64,000 nucleotides of DNA, from contig NW_026854407.1 of the NCBI RefSeq assembly GCF_026571515.1, positions 124,001 to 188,000 of the forward strand. Reading direction: 5' to 3'. Below are positions 13,232 through 27,200 of the stretch, one piece after another. Position 1 is the first letter of the stretch. The number at the start of each line of letters is the position of its first letter. The stretch is from Ruditapes philippinarum (Eukaryota). Made by a program: the position numbers and the translations under genes. The notes beneath the pieces are model-generated. The model was not told where the DNA came from. It saw only the letters and a list, made by a program, of their open reading frames with translations, and did no database searches.

Positions 13232-15757
13232 TGAGAAACTGATTAAATGATTTCTTATAATATATCTATATTTTCCTAGGTATAGATATACAAGCAGATA
13301 TAGCATGTGTTTTAAAATGTTTAAATTATACTTGTTATAATAAAATGGTATTCTTAAAATTAATCTTCATTTATCTATTATGAAATCTTCTTTTATGTTT
13401 GTAGGATATTAACCACATAATAGCCTAAAGTCAACAACAACAATAACAACAAAAACAAGTATATTTCTAATTGTCATTGTTGTTTTTATTATTTAAAAAT
13501 GCGCGGTATAGCTTTGGGTATGCGATATTATTACTTCTGAGTTATAAAGTATTTACCAATTATTCAATATTCAAATTAAGAAGAAGTCTTACAATATAAA
13601 TTATGTTTATTGCAAGATAAAGCGCCTTTATGTTGCACTTAAAAGAGCGTACGTTAAAGTACATATTTCTTTTAAAACTGAAATACATCGCGAGATAGAA
13701 TGTTGATGCTTTGATCGATGTCAAAGGTTTAACTGAATGATGTAAATTGTAAGAAAAGTTTAACGGATCCATCTGCTAACGTGATGTACTGGTTAAACAA
13801 TCCGAATATATTAGTTTTGTTGTAACATGTCTATGGGAAAAGCGTTCATAAATTTCCCCCTATGGAAACCTCTTCTTTCTTCCCAAATTCCTCTAGTAGA
13901 TAACTTGATATATTGTAACATTTATTTCACTAGAAGTAATAAATCTTTATATGATAAATGTAATAAATGCTGTTAAGTTAACACTAAGTCTATTGAAAAT
14001 GATGAGTATATAAAAGATCTTCATCATCAAGATGTAACTTGTTTATAGTCAGATTGAAGTAATTAATAGAAAAATACGATTATTTGGTAAGACTTACAGG
14101 GTTATAATAATTATCATTATTATAAGTATAATAATAAAATGCATGAAAAAATATATAACTCAAAAGGAAAAGAGATATAATTAAAAGTAAAAATAAATTT
14201 TCTTATATATTTATACATATGGTTTCATACGTGAAAATTTAGCTTAACTTTTTGTTTCATCTACCCAAAGTTCATCTTTAAATCGTCCGTGTACTGAGCA
14301 ACTTCATAAACATACGAATTGAAAATATACAAACGAATTGAAAATATACAAATATACATTGTATTCATTTTAAGTTGTATAGCCGATTCAAAACTTCAAA
14401 ACAATATCACATTCAGAATCTGAAGACTGATATTATGAACTATACAACGTCCCATTAGTTTCCCGTCGTCTTAAGCAGTAATCACTATAAAAATACAAAT
14501 ATTACTACTGATATAAAAAAATGGAGTCGATTTGGTCTTTTAAGCAAATAATCTCTATTTAGCGCAAATGCTTGATAAATAAAAATGCAATTTGCAAGCT
14601 AAACAATGCTTTTCAGGTGGTTACACAATACAGCTGCAGACAATATCCACAAAACTCTGGTAATTTTAAGGATACAAAAGTAATGATAAGAAACGTATTT
14701 ACTAACAAAATAGTTGTACCTTCTAGTATGAACATGTATTAGGCAAATGCAATACAGCAAAATATGTATGTCTCATTTTAACAAAATATTGCGGATTCAG
14801 ATTGTTTCCGTAGCATCTTTCAATGTTTCATTCTTGTGAAAGTAACATTTGATCTGTTTTCAATCACTAACGTTTCTAAAAGAAGGAATATGTACCCATT
14901 AAGCTATAAATTGTTATGTTATGATATACTCGTATGTACATTATAGTGATATATTGCTCATTTTACCATTGTCAAGTTAAGCTGAATATACTATAGATTC
15001 AAAGGACTGACTGTAATTATTGTGATTGACCAATAGTTGATGTTTTTAAAGACACATATTCAGACAGTAACTGTTATTTCTTTTCTGATTTCTGTTGTGA
15101 TGCAAAACTTTAGTTGTGAATATTGAACCGTATACACATTCGAATGCATAATATTTTTTCCTTTGCCGAGAACCTACGCTCATCATAAAGTCAGAGTTTA
15201 ATGAAACTACATGTAGAATTTAGGTATATTTTATCATTAGCTAAATGAAACACATCCTACAAATCATTGCATTATTTCTAAAAAGAAATTGTTGAATTGA
15301 GAAATGGAAACCAAATGTGGGAAAATAAAATGTTAGATTAATTTTGTTCTTTGCGCATTTTATTACATTTTTATATGAAGTTATTTGGATTGGAGTTTTA
15401 AATAATTACGATGAATATCATAATCAGTTAAAGTAAAATTACTTGATTTATTTTTAAATTATACCAAATGACGGATAGAAAGAGAATTAAGTATAGATGC
15501 ATTGTTTTTATATAGATATGATCGCGTCTTAATGCACAGATATTATTGAGCTTACAATATTATTGATGAGTAGTGAGATATGTTAGAGAAGATTATATTT
15601 ATATGCAATTCTAAATTCCCTGCGTTCATCTACAGGTAGTTGTATTCACACTAAAATATGTTGTATTCATTTATTACGAGAACTATAACTCCGGTAAATT
15701 ATAATCTATAGAGTCAGCGGGCTTAAAAAAGAACGGACCAAACCGATGTTGCAATTA

Positions 15758-15975
15758 GGGACATCCGTGGACGAGTCGTTATGCTTGTTGACTTCAAACC
15801 ACCAGTGTTTGAATCCCGTCAGGAACTTTGGTTTATTTTATGCGAGGAAGCCATTCAGCTACCTTATGGAAAGTTGGTGATTCTACTCGTCTACTCAGGT
15901 GCCTGCAAGTGCCTAAAATAATGCATGTGGCCAAATGATCTTAGCGATGTTTGTGCAATAAAACACCAAACCCAA
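15758..15975 (+). mobile_element. tRNA-derived SINE (same family as 28598-28871, internally deleted)
   Basis: gggacatccgtggacgagtcgtt...gttgacttcaaaccac...gtttgaatcccgtcagg...gaggaagccattcagcta. Confidence 0.75.
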
Positions 15976-16858
15976 ATAATTGTAATATTTGATAATTTGC
16001 ATTAATTTTGTAATATGAATTATTGATAGAAATAATTATAAATCCAAACCAATAACTATTAATAAATACAGTGTTCAAATTTGCAACACAAAGCTTCTTT
16101 TACCTATTTGAAAATGATTCACATTCAAATATACTTTAATTAGCTTTTTTCTTTTAATTCAAATTGATTCTGTTTTACAACAATTCGGAATACGAATCGA
16201 AAACATCTGTTAAGCAGTTGTTTGATTTTTATTTGTTCATCCATCAATGCACATGGCATGTTAATTTACACAACGTGTTGCAATGCCAAACAATATCTTG
16301 ATTATTTAAATAAACATAAGGGCAGCTTTATCGTCCTGATATTTTTCATTTTCTTTCATGTTGTGAAAACATCCAACAAGTTAAATATGTACAATGGTAC
16401 CGTGTTACTCCTGAAAACCGTACACATGTTGAACAAGCCAACAAGTTTGGATTATGAAAGTTTCCGGTATTCTGATGTTCGGAATTGTCTGAATCAGTAG
16501 GAACATCAGTTTTTTTAGACATAATAAAATATTTTATATCCTTTTCAATATCCGACTTTTGGAAGTACAATTTAACAGATATTATCGTTCCGAGTTTATA
16601 ATTTAGAAGTTCCGAAATTCATAAGTATGAATAAAATAGAAAACAGAAATCATGAAAACCGATCAAGTGTAACATTGAGCAAAGTAAGCAAATTAAAGAA
16701 CCGATTGAGTTTGACACATTAAGGTATGACCCCCCCCCCGTACTAATGGGCACTGTAAGGAACTGTAAAATTGATAGTAAACCTTAAAGAACACCTGTAT
16801 ACAAACTTTCAAAAAATACATTTGATTTAGAGTTATTGAGATTTTATTTAATATAAAT

Positions 16859-17178
16859 ATAGAAAAGCTGAATCCCTAAAGAAAACCCAACACGGCAAAA
16901 TTGTTCATGGACGGTTTTAGATGGAAAACACAAGTTACTGTCCATGCCCCTAGCACCAGCTTAAGTAGAACTCAACATTTAACGCAAAAATGGTGACATT
17001 TTGAATTTAGAAACATCCGCAGATGTGTCCATACGGCGGTTATCACGGAACCTTCAATGTGTCTCGGTAGTGCCATTCCATGAAAAGCGGCGTATGGTCC
17101 TCAAGTAAAAGAATGCGTGTGCCCTAAACGAGAAAACAATGGACAGAACGTAAATAACATGGAATTTTGAAAGGGGAT
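16859..17178 (+). repeat. Multi-hairpin element copy 5 (hairpin 1 deleted; reaches the distal end aggggat)
   Basis: Colinear with the reverse complement of 61634-61982 up to the shared terminus gaattttgaaaggggat. Confidence 0.9.
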
Positions 17179-19385
17179 ATGGGCCCTTTAAAACTTGACT
17201 ATTAGAAAGGCTCTTTTTTCAGAAATGAGAAACTCTAAATAATCTTTTATATCATCATTTGAAATTAATTTTCCTATTGTATATTGTTAAGAAACAAATC
17301 ACACAAGCAAAATTATTGTTTCTACTCAAAATTTTTGAAATATGTATAAAAATGTTACGCTACCCCACCCATCATTTTCCTCCTTAGAAGGCCTTATTAA
17401 AATGTTCCTAAAATTTAACAAAATGAGGAGCTGTTTTCAAAGTTTGCCTAATTTTATTGTAAAGTATATTGGTTGATCCTTTCAAATATAAAATACTTTT
17501 ACCGTGTAGCTTTTATTTTTATGAGACTTTATTTAGACAATAAATCTAATACCATTGATACATGTAATGTTTTTTTAAAAGAAAACATCAGTAATCGAAA
17601 CAAAGACCAAAGTCTAACTTTAATCCTATATTTAAAGATCTAAAAAATGTATAGTTCTTATCTTTAATCTTTTTAATCAGTTTATCATTAAGGCAGACAA
17701 CAATGGCATTTGAAATGCAAAGTGATAATCAATATTTCAGTAAATTACGTTTGAAGTTGAGTCATTTCGTTAGAAGAGGCAATATGCTTGAGAACTATCA
17801 GGATTCTAAATACACAAAACATGTTGCTTACAATGTTGTATCAATTGTAAAATACAATAAATTATAGACATTATAATGGATACGAAAATAATATTACAAT
17901 GAGTAAATGACATGTTATAATTTGTATGTTTATACCAATTGGCCCTTCCTGCGACAATTTGACGTATAAACGTTTGATCTCTATTTCTGTACTTAAACGG
18001 AAAACAAGTGGAATAAGTGGAATGAAATAACATGTATTTTCTCTTCAGTTCACTTCATGACACATCCCATAACAAATTGTCACGTTCATGCTATTCACCT
18101 GTTAATCATGTATCACTTATAGAATCAGAATAAAAACTATGGTGTTTTGAAAAACGGCAATCTGGGTTAGAAGAATTGCTTCACAGATCCATTTATATGG
18201 TAAATCTTTTAAAATTTCAAGCACAAGATGTTAACTTTTATAACTTTTATAACTTTTACAATATTATGCTTCCTTTGAAACTAAAGCCTCATTGTCGGTT
18301 TGACAGTCAAACAGTTTCTGACGCGCTTTTTCAATTATCACATGTTAAAGTGATGATACAAATCCTTTAACTTTGATAATTATGTAGGTCTTTTTTGTTT
18401 TTCTTTTAGTCTGATTGATTTAACTAAATGCAAATACAAGTTTCAGTAATGATATGTCATAAACAGGTAATAAGCCAAAGTAAAGAGAACCGTTGTCCAA
18501 GCCTATATAGCGTTGTGGTTTACATTGAACGCCGACTTTCCTTGTTGATCTTTTTTATCAAAATTTACATCGAATTTATAATGTCTCGAGTTTTTGTATT
18601 TATTTATTTGTTTTATGAGACTTATTCCAAACATCGAATAACTTTTCATTTGTGCATGTTGTCGCTGCGTCATTTTACTGACCATTCCAAAAAGGTTTGT
18701 TTCTTTCTCTGTGAATGAACTTAAAGAATCATAAAGCAGCGTGACGCATCTGCCAATATCAGAGTTGAGAGAAAAGTTGAAGTCTCGTTACAAATTTTTC
18801 AGTTTTTACATTTTATCCTTAACATTTGTCACTATCGCATACTAGGCGTTAAATATCATAAAATTCAATCTTTTGAAATTATTTAGCTCAAATCGATCAT
18901 AATGTTGAAACTTACAGCTAAATGCACAGTTATTTGGACTCACAATTAACACTGAGATGGACATTGTGCTTCTACGATAAGTAAACACACTTTATTTTGT
19001 CATTGAAAACAGAATATTTGAAACACATGTAGAACACTGTAAAGGAGTTGTATGGATAAAATGATATAAAACATAAATACGTATTATTGTGAAATACTGC
19101 TTTCAATGCTTTTTCTAACAATGTAACAATGTGTATCATTTATTAATCTTAACATTTATTAATTTATCAGTAAAGTTTATTTATATCATATCACGAAACT
19201 TTATGTACCAAGATAATCAAGTTCTCATTATTTCCTAAGAATTGTATGAACGCTTTACTGCCCTTTTGATATGTTTGTAATGATAAAACTGGTTAAATTA
19301 TGGTTATATTAACATCATTTTATATATAAACCTACGATTAAGATAATTATACTTACAATTCAATTAGAAAAGCTAAAGATATTAT

Positions 19386-19408
19386 AAATAAATAAATAAA
19401 TAAATAAA
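19386..19408 (+). repeat. (TAAA)n microsatellite
   Basis: aaataaataaataaataaataaa. Confidence 0.8.
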
Positions 19409-19579
19409 GAACAAATGAAATTCGGGTAATGTATGTAATGCCGCAAATACGTTGAAGTACATTCATATTAACTTAGATTTTGCAGTTATCTTTCAAATCA
19501 AATGGATGTTCAAATGGGAAATTAATAGCCGCATGTTTTGCTTGTTTTTCATCTGTTTGCAACTGTAGAAAATTATTTT

Positions 19580-22230
19580 CACAAATGTTTGTTAAATGTT
19601 GTTAAAATAATCAACATGTTGCTAATGTGTACAAAACATTCTACACGTTCTACCCTCTTATTTGCACATTTTCAGTAAAGTTAATATTTGTCTCGATTTC
19701 GGCAAGGTACATTTAGAAGAAATGTAATGATTGCATTTATATTTTGTGTATGAATTTGTTATATAAGCTCTTTTTGCTAATGACATGACAGTGTTTTACA
19801 CTTAAGCAAGAAATAATAATAAAAATTAACATGAACTTGATTTGAAAAAAAATCGTTTTAAAAGGGTAATCAGCTTTTGTTTCATTATTGTCCGTTGATC
19901 CAATCTTTTTCTATTAGAAATTGCTTTTAACAAATAGATTTTTATAAGGCATGCTTTATAGTATTCTATCAAGGCTAGATTAACCTTGATACACACCTGT
20001 TGCTATTATGTATTGCAAATGTAACATAAATATTCACATCTTACTCTTAGAACTACTAATTCAAACAAAGCATAAACAAGTATGTCCTTCTTGTGACAGT
20101 TTAATTATTATTAATCAGAAACAAGCCATTTTATAATTTCCAAAATCAATTTAGCGATATCAGTTTTGTAATTTTCTGTCAACATACCTTCATAATCCCC
20201 GCGTTAGTTTTGTTTTGAATAAATAAAAAGTAATAAACACAAATCTTTTCCTATTAATAACATATCATTTATATTGACCAATCGTTGTTTTCCCAAAATT
20301 AACTAGATACGTTTATGTAACAATCATATGCATACGGTGCAAGCAAAATATAATCATCTTTCATGTTTCGATGTCATATTTGTGTTGGCTTGCCGTAAAA
20401 CCAAACATAACAAACAAACCAAAGGTAACTTTAAATAGAATTATTTCCACAAGCAAATTTGCCATTTTATATCATAAGATAACAAAAACATAGATACAGC
20501 AAAAGTTATTTTAATTTATATGTCTACATAACAATTTACGCCTGTCTTAAAATCAGAAAAATCCTTAATATTTACACTAGAGTAGCTATAATAATCATTA
20601 AAGTGTATCTTATTTATTATGATATATTATAATGTTCAGCTGTTAAATGTTTTTTTTAATGTTAAACCATATCAAAATATTAGCATCTATCTTATATAAG
20701 CATCAAATGCTTTGTAAAAAGTAGAGCAAAATAAAATCCTTTAGTATTTTACACTATATTTTATAGAAATGTTGCATTGACACCATTACTAACCGATAAA
20801 TGAAATAAAAACGGTAATGATTAACTACAATGTGTATACCGCAATTTCTTTTTTACTGTCAAGTAATGATAAATTATGTCAATTTGAACTCTTTCGAAAT
20901 TGGGTAATTTTAGAAATATGTTTATCATCATAACTATTTAAATGCAAAGTGTTTCTATCTAACCGTGAACGATTTCAGTAAATGTTATGTTTAAATATTT
21001 GTGAATATAATTAAATCAACATAAAGTGATTTAGAACATTTAATTTTATGACCATATGTTTGATAAATACAAGAACCTATATCAAAAGAAAATGACGTCG
21101 GTACTTTTCTTTCACTATTGTAATTTGTTTTAAATGTCTCAACTCCCTATGTGACAAGTACACGAACAGGCTCAATCAAACCTAGCCTGCAACATTTTCA
21201 ATTTTGCCGTGTTGGGCTTTCTTTAGGGATTCTGTTTTTCTCTATTTTATATGACAGACATAATTCGACACATATAAATAGAGAAAATGAAAATTGTGGA
21301 ATAAAAAAGAAATCAAACTTGCAGACAATTATTTTATAACCAAATTAAATCGTAAGAAATAGCCAGCCTTGCTTCCGAAAAGATACGTTTGGATTACTTT
21401 ATTCTTTTTCACAAAAAAAACAAAACAAAACAAATTCAAATAGTATAACTATTTAAATACCTACTTAAAAGGATGATATATCTGATTTACAATTACAATA
21501 AAAAAAACATTTCATGTCCGCAACTGAAGACAGACTTTCGGTCTATCAAACGAATGAAATATTTACAATTGTTCACGTCTTTTATCATATAAATCGGATT
21601 ATTTTCAAGTACCTATACTGATATTTTGGTTAGGAGAAAGAGAATTATAGATGTATGTTTTATCCAATTAACTAAGAGTAGACTGTGTATTTTAGACATT
21701 AAGGTTTACTTAGAAGTAGCTAATGTAAATGTACTATAAATGTGTTATTATTAATGCTGTTTTTGTAACCGAAATAACACGCGTGTTGTGCCTAAATATA
21801 AGGTACAGGTAAAACGTTTAGCACAATACTGTTTCATTTAATTTTTTGCTGCCTGCAACAACATTATTGGATCGGTTGTTTCAGTACACAAAACTTATGT
21901 AGTTAATTGAAAACAACACATTACCATCACACTAACCATTTGGTTGAAGTGTTGGCCATAAATTCTGGAAAATGAGGTGAAAAAATCTTCCTGTGGTACA
22001 TTTACACGTAAAGAACCATCTATTGCATTTTATACAAGGAATATTTGTTTTAATTTTAAACGCGAGACAACGAGTATCTCTTCGAATTTACTGCAGCGTT
22101 AATTTCTTTCAAGAGAGACATAATATGGCACTACAAAAGCAGCTAAACAGCATCCTGACGCCGCAAATAAACTTAAACCGTATTTATATGTATGTTTCCT
22201 TTATAAAATACGTGACATGAAATTATAATA
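19580..22230 (+). repeat. Old, deleted paralog of the 37.4-42.1 kb duplicated block
   Basis: Colinear anchors: gtgacagtttaattattattaatcagaaacaagcc (20093) vs 39061; aaattgggtaatttt (20897) vs 39583; tgaagtgttggccataaattctggaaaatg (21945) vs 42004 and 63600. Confidence 0.65.
21161..21245 (-). repeat. Multi-hairpin element copy 6 (terminal part and hairpin 1 only)
   Basis: gaacaggctcaatcaaacctagcctgcaacattttcaattttgccgtgttgggctttctttagggattctgtttttctctat. Confidence 0.9.
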
Positions 22231-22564
22231 TTTTCCTCTAGAAATATCTGGTAGCTTGTATTAAGACGTAAAATGTTTCCTGTGTTAATGATTTTAAATT
22301 ACTAGTAAGTTAATTGCACAGAGCTTTAAAAAAAATTATTCGGATTATACATTATGAAACTTGCAGAACGACTAGGTTTACATTAAACTAAACAAAATGA
22401 TTAAACGTGACGAAATATAGTATATATCTAACGGCACATCAGTCTTAATGTAAGCACTAATGGAAACATATTTACCTTTTTTGTTTATATCGTAAAATTA
22501 ACACAGTATCAAAATACATTTTGCCTTACCAAAATGTCAGTAGGAATATCTCATTGTGCCTTAC

Positions 22565-22720
22565 AGATAATCAGAATTATATGATAAAAAACGTTCACAA
22601 TTGTAAATTATTTAATTTGTTTGATGTTTGTTTAACAAAGACCGGGTTTCTGGCTTCAAATGCGGAAATGAAATGTCTGTATTGTAACACATAGATCTTG
22701 CAAATGTAAATTAAATACAT
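22565..22720 (-). repeat. Conserved ~150-bp non-coding module, inverted copy
   Basis: Near-exact reverse complement of 61020-61170: gtttctggcttcaaatgcggaaatgaaatgtctgtattgtaacacatagatcttgcaaatgtaaat. Confidence 0.85.
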
Positions 22721-25269
22721 GAGCCGATATAACAGGACTTTGAGTAGTTAAACTATTTTATTATGATTCCCTACTTCTATTATATTGAAATACTTTTTGT
22801 ATATAAAGAATAGATGGATATGTGTTTTTTTTTCAATTAAAATGTTTCACTAATAATCCAAAGTATCCCTTTGTAGAAAAGAAATTGTTCCGATATTACG
22901 ATTGTAGCAAAACTGAATGTGTGCAAAATGAGTCTATGATAAAGAAACACTGTTTTTAAAATGAAAAAGCTAATTAACCTCCAGACAGAAACCCTTCTTT
23001 TTAAACTTGCTTTGGTAGTAGAAAAGATGGTCCATGATACATTTTTTTCTCCATTTGTTTAGCAGCAGCCTAAATGATACATAAATGTTTTGATAAAAGG
23101 TGCAAAATTTGGTGACATTGTTTTTACAATTGAGTTTATACTTTTCGGGTTATAAACTTGGTTAAATGTGCTAATATCAACGTAACGGTTTACTAAATTC
23201 AACAATCATAAGTGTTAGTAAAGAGGTACAGCAAGCAAGAACATTGTAGTATTCTTTAAAAAAAAAAGATTTACGTGTAATTGTGCTCTTATAAAACTAA
23301 TATTGTTTAAAATCCCTTTATATAATTTATGTGCCTGTAGCTTTCGATATTGCTCACTGAAACAACATTTCAGAACTAGCAAAACTACGAGCATATCTGT
23401 TTAAATTACAAGTTTAACTTCGATATGTGCCAAAATTAAGGTATCATTCCTATGAAATATTATGCCCTAAAGATAAGACGCCTTGCGATAAAATGAACGA
23501 GTGATTTATTTTTTGAAATCAAGTTATCCGTCAAAAGCGTTATCACACGTAAATGATCTACGGAAAACAACGCCAACAAAATCAAGTGAAAATGACATTA
23601 ATAAAACCGAAAAATCGCGAACTATCTATAAGTCTCTTGATGTACTATTATTGTCCATCACAATAAGAGTATGTGTATATTACTAAATCCGCTCATCACA
23701 GCAGTTAAACGGGATAATTGCATAACCGCATTCTCAAAAATTGTTTGCACTGATATAACTTGTTTTCCCGAAATTATGCTGATTTTTTCAAGTTTGGTTA
23801 TCTAAAATATGTTATTTTCCATCTAAAATGAATATATTCGATATTTATCATTTAAGCATATCTTATTATATAGATATTAAGAAAATTCTTATTTTTATCT
23901 AAAATTAAGAGCTAGATTCAAGATAATTTAAGAAAACACGTGTACCTGAATACTTTAGATAATTAGCAAATAATCTATAGCATGACATAAAAGATAAACT
24001 TTAACAAATATGGCTAATTCAAAAACTGTGCACGTTAGTTTACAATTTGAATGAATTTTATTGACAAAATAGTGTGACATCGGTTATTAAAGTATCCGTA
24101 AACAGTGACTGTATTTCGGGAGAACTTATTTATTCTGTGATTTAATGCTTTAAATTATCTTTTAGATCTAATAAAAGTAAAGCATTTTATTTTCTTAACC
24201 TCCATGCATTCCATTTGTGGTCTTTTATTTGTAAATGCACAAAGTAGCTTTTATTTTTGTACTGATAAAACGTGTGCACGAAATTATACTAGTCTTATAA
24301 CCTTTTGAATTAACTGTTACTTGGTTTGAGTATCAAGAAAATGTTTTATTACCTCTGAAAGAACAGGTTTGTATATAATGTATGCATATTTTCTGAATTA
24401 GATACAAAAATATGCTTATTGTCTTAGTTTCAACACTTTGGTAATTTAATTTTATTTTTAATTCCTTTAAGCATTGCAAACGCTTTGCACACAAAAAGTA
24501 CATTTTATTAACTCGACGGCAATGTTAACACACACAGACAGTGCATCTCCAACGAGGCTAAGGTAATTTAAAATCAGATGATAGGAATTTTATCAAAGCG
24601 AATTCGTACTTTATTTGTATTGAAGAATACTTCAAAACATTGAAGAATACTTCAAAACGTATTGATATTTTAGAACTTTTGTTTTACATGATACAATATA
24701 TTTTTGATTGTTTTGAAATTTGTATAAGTACAATTTTCCTGTTCTATAGTGTACACAAATATAATCGTGATACATAATATTTTAAAAATAGGAATTCTTG
24801 TCCAGCTGTAACTTGTTTACACATATTAAATCAATATAACATTTAACATGTGAATAATGTTTACAGAATTATTTTTGGATTGGGCAGAAAACTATAAATG
24901 CTTATGAGTGTCCTCTTCCAAAAGAAGCAAAAGTTCGCGTGTAGTGTTATCCTCAACGGTTCCTATATCTTCATTTACATGTCCAGCAGCGTTGTATGTT
25001 CTGTGTCGTGAACGTTAATGAGTTATAGTATAAAATATTAATTCTTCTATATTTCCGCTTTGGATGTTCCTCAGCACAACTGTTATCTGTGACACTCATT
25101 TGCCGTACAAATATATCAATACCAATTATTATATAAGATGGTTGAATTATTCTGAATTATTCATATTCGGAATGCATAACCTCTGATCGTTTCCCAAATA
25201 ATTGCTATTATTTTATTGTTTGTGATCTTGTACTCGTATTTATATAAAGCATTGACTGAAAGAAACACA

Positions 25270-27200
25270 TTATTCACCGCAATATAAGGACACCATTTAT
25301 AAACGTTTCTAAATTCAATGATGAGTTCCGCTTAAGTCGAGGAACTGAGTTTAATTCAAATATAAAATTATATTTTATAAAGCTTATTAAACGACGTCCG
25401 TTTGTTATCATTTAAAATAGATTATTGGCATTTGCATATAAACTTAAAATGATTGTTCAGAGGGTCAATACACTGTATCATTATTATTATCTCATCTTGT
25501 TATGTAATCATTGATTCAACAGTTTAAAGTTATCCGTATTCGTTTTATCCATCGTTATGGCATTGACAATTCAATTTAGACAGTCATATAGTTTACAAAT
25601 GCATTTTGCTATGTTTAGCACTCTAGGTAAAATTAATACACACTAAAATGCGAGTTGATATTGCAAATTTGCAATTACGTCATCCCCCATCATACAGTTT
25701 GAAAATAAATTAAGTTAAGCGGGAATGGCTTGACAACAAGGTTGATCATACGATAACTGCCGTTTGTAATTAAACGTTGTGTTTTTGGTTAATTTGGTCG
25801 TGTTGCAATTTCAGCCTACCTGAATCAGGTATGCGTTGAATATCAAATGGGAATTTGGACAGATGAAAAAACTATGTGACTTAATATAAAATCAGCACGT
25901 GAAACAAATGTTAAAACATTGCTGATAGAAACAGGGGTATTTGTTTGCCGGAATTATCTTCACGTGCCAAGTGTTAAATGTGCTTGTACTATGTGTAAGT
26001 ACCTAAACAAAAACAACACCAGAATAGAATATGTTTCGCCAATCATCTTCAGAGTTAAAATGTGAGCTATATCCAAGCATTTCGCTGAACTCCCTGAACT
26101 TAAATTATCAAACGATCCATCTAAAACAAGATGTCTAAGGCGATATAAGAAAATAATGTGTTTAGAATCCTTTTTAATGATTATGGAATTTAAAATAAGT
26201 ATGTAAATGTTAGTTATGTAAACAAATAAACATTTTTTCCAGGTATTGTATAATTTGGCGTGTTCGTGTAATATTGAAAACAAAGCCAGTTAAGTTCTCA
26301 AACAGGTGTGCCCCTGATGACCTCGTCGGGAAAAAACGTCTCCATGTAACATACGTACTGAAAAAGAATGTATGCACTTGGCTATTTTGAGATTCTGTAT
26401 ACATACAAGGGCAAAGAAGTGACAAATGTTGTAACAAATTTTGCAGAAATGTTTTGACCAGACAATGACTTTATTTGTATTTATTTTTTAATGATTAGAA
26501 GTTTGGGTACGTGTAAATAGCGGTGGGTTGGATTTTGTGTAATTTTGTCATATCGTTATTAAAAGAAACATATTTGACATTTTGTAAGCGCATGATAATT
26601 TTCCGTGATCTCTCGAAAGCCCCAAATACAGCAAATCACATAAGAATTGCATATTCGGTTTGATTGAGTCTGTACATAAGGAATTATAGATAAGTGCAAC
26701 ATCCCCCACGCACTAAGCGGTATAAAAGTTTTAACTCTTAAAAGTACCTACCATTTCAATAAACTTAAAACATTTTTTACAATCCTATAAAAGAAAACCA
26801 CGGCATTTATATAACATAGAGTTTTTATATCATGATTAAATTGTCATAATGCACTGTTAAACGCTAAGTAGAAAGGACAAGTGCTAACTTTAACGGGTGA
26901 TTCAGAATAGGTGGTTCCACGGTTATTTGTGAAATCATCTTAACCAACCCGCTATGTAAAAACACAAACCCCCGGTACACCTTCTTTTAGAAAAATTAAA
27001 ACGCTACATAGTAACTGATCATTATCATTTTAGCTTTGATCTCACTTAATTCATATGGCAGATATCGTTTAAATTGTTAGAAATTTGATTTTTTAGAAAT
27101 ATAATGTTTTTTATTATAGAGATCATTTAAAAATAATATTAACGAAATTTCAAATTATTATAATTACTATTACATCAGTAAATATGGGAAAGCAATGTCC
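25270..27200 (+). repeat. Segmental duplication block E/F (paralogs at ~28480-30100 and ~51230-53900)
   Basis: Shared anchors: acgtcatccccc..gtttgaaaataa (25677/51838); acgataactgccgtttgt (25750/28540); aaagaatgtatgcacttggctattttga (26362/29400); catcagtaaatatgggaaag (27173/53858). Confidence 0.75.
26612..26725 (+). repeat. Multi-hairpin element copy 7 (diverged variant)
   Basis: ttgcatattcggtttgattgagtctgtacat...aagtgcaa; closest to the inverted copies at 35305-35390 and 58058-58125. Confidence 0.6.

Noticed and set aside
16719-16786. ttaaggt...accttaa mini inverted ends (Kolobok-like)
   Set aside because: Too short to distinguish from chance.
24619-24658. Short perfect tandem duplications (also ~14313, ~35436, ~58625)
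   Set aside because: Ordinary slippage-type microduplications.
24867-24944. NYFWIGQK... resembling a C-type lectin WIG motif after an AG
   Set aside because: Only 25 codons, with no other lectin motifs or partner exons.
26305-26345. Second hammerhead-like core CTGATGA...GAAA..GTC
   Set aside because: No stem I or III pairing, and the paralogs at ~29352 and ~52585 lack the core.
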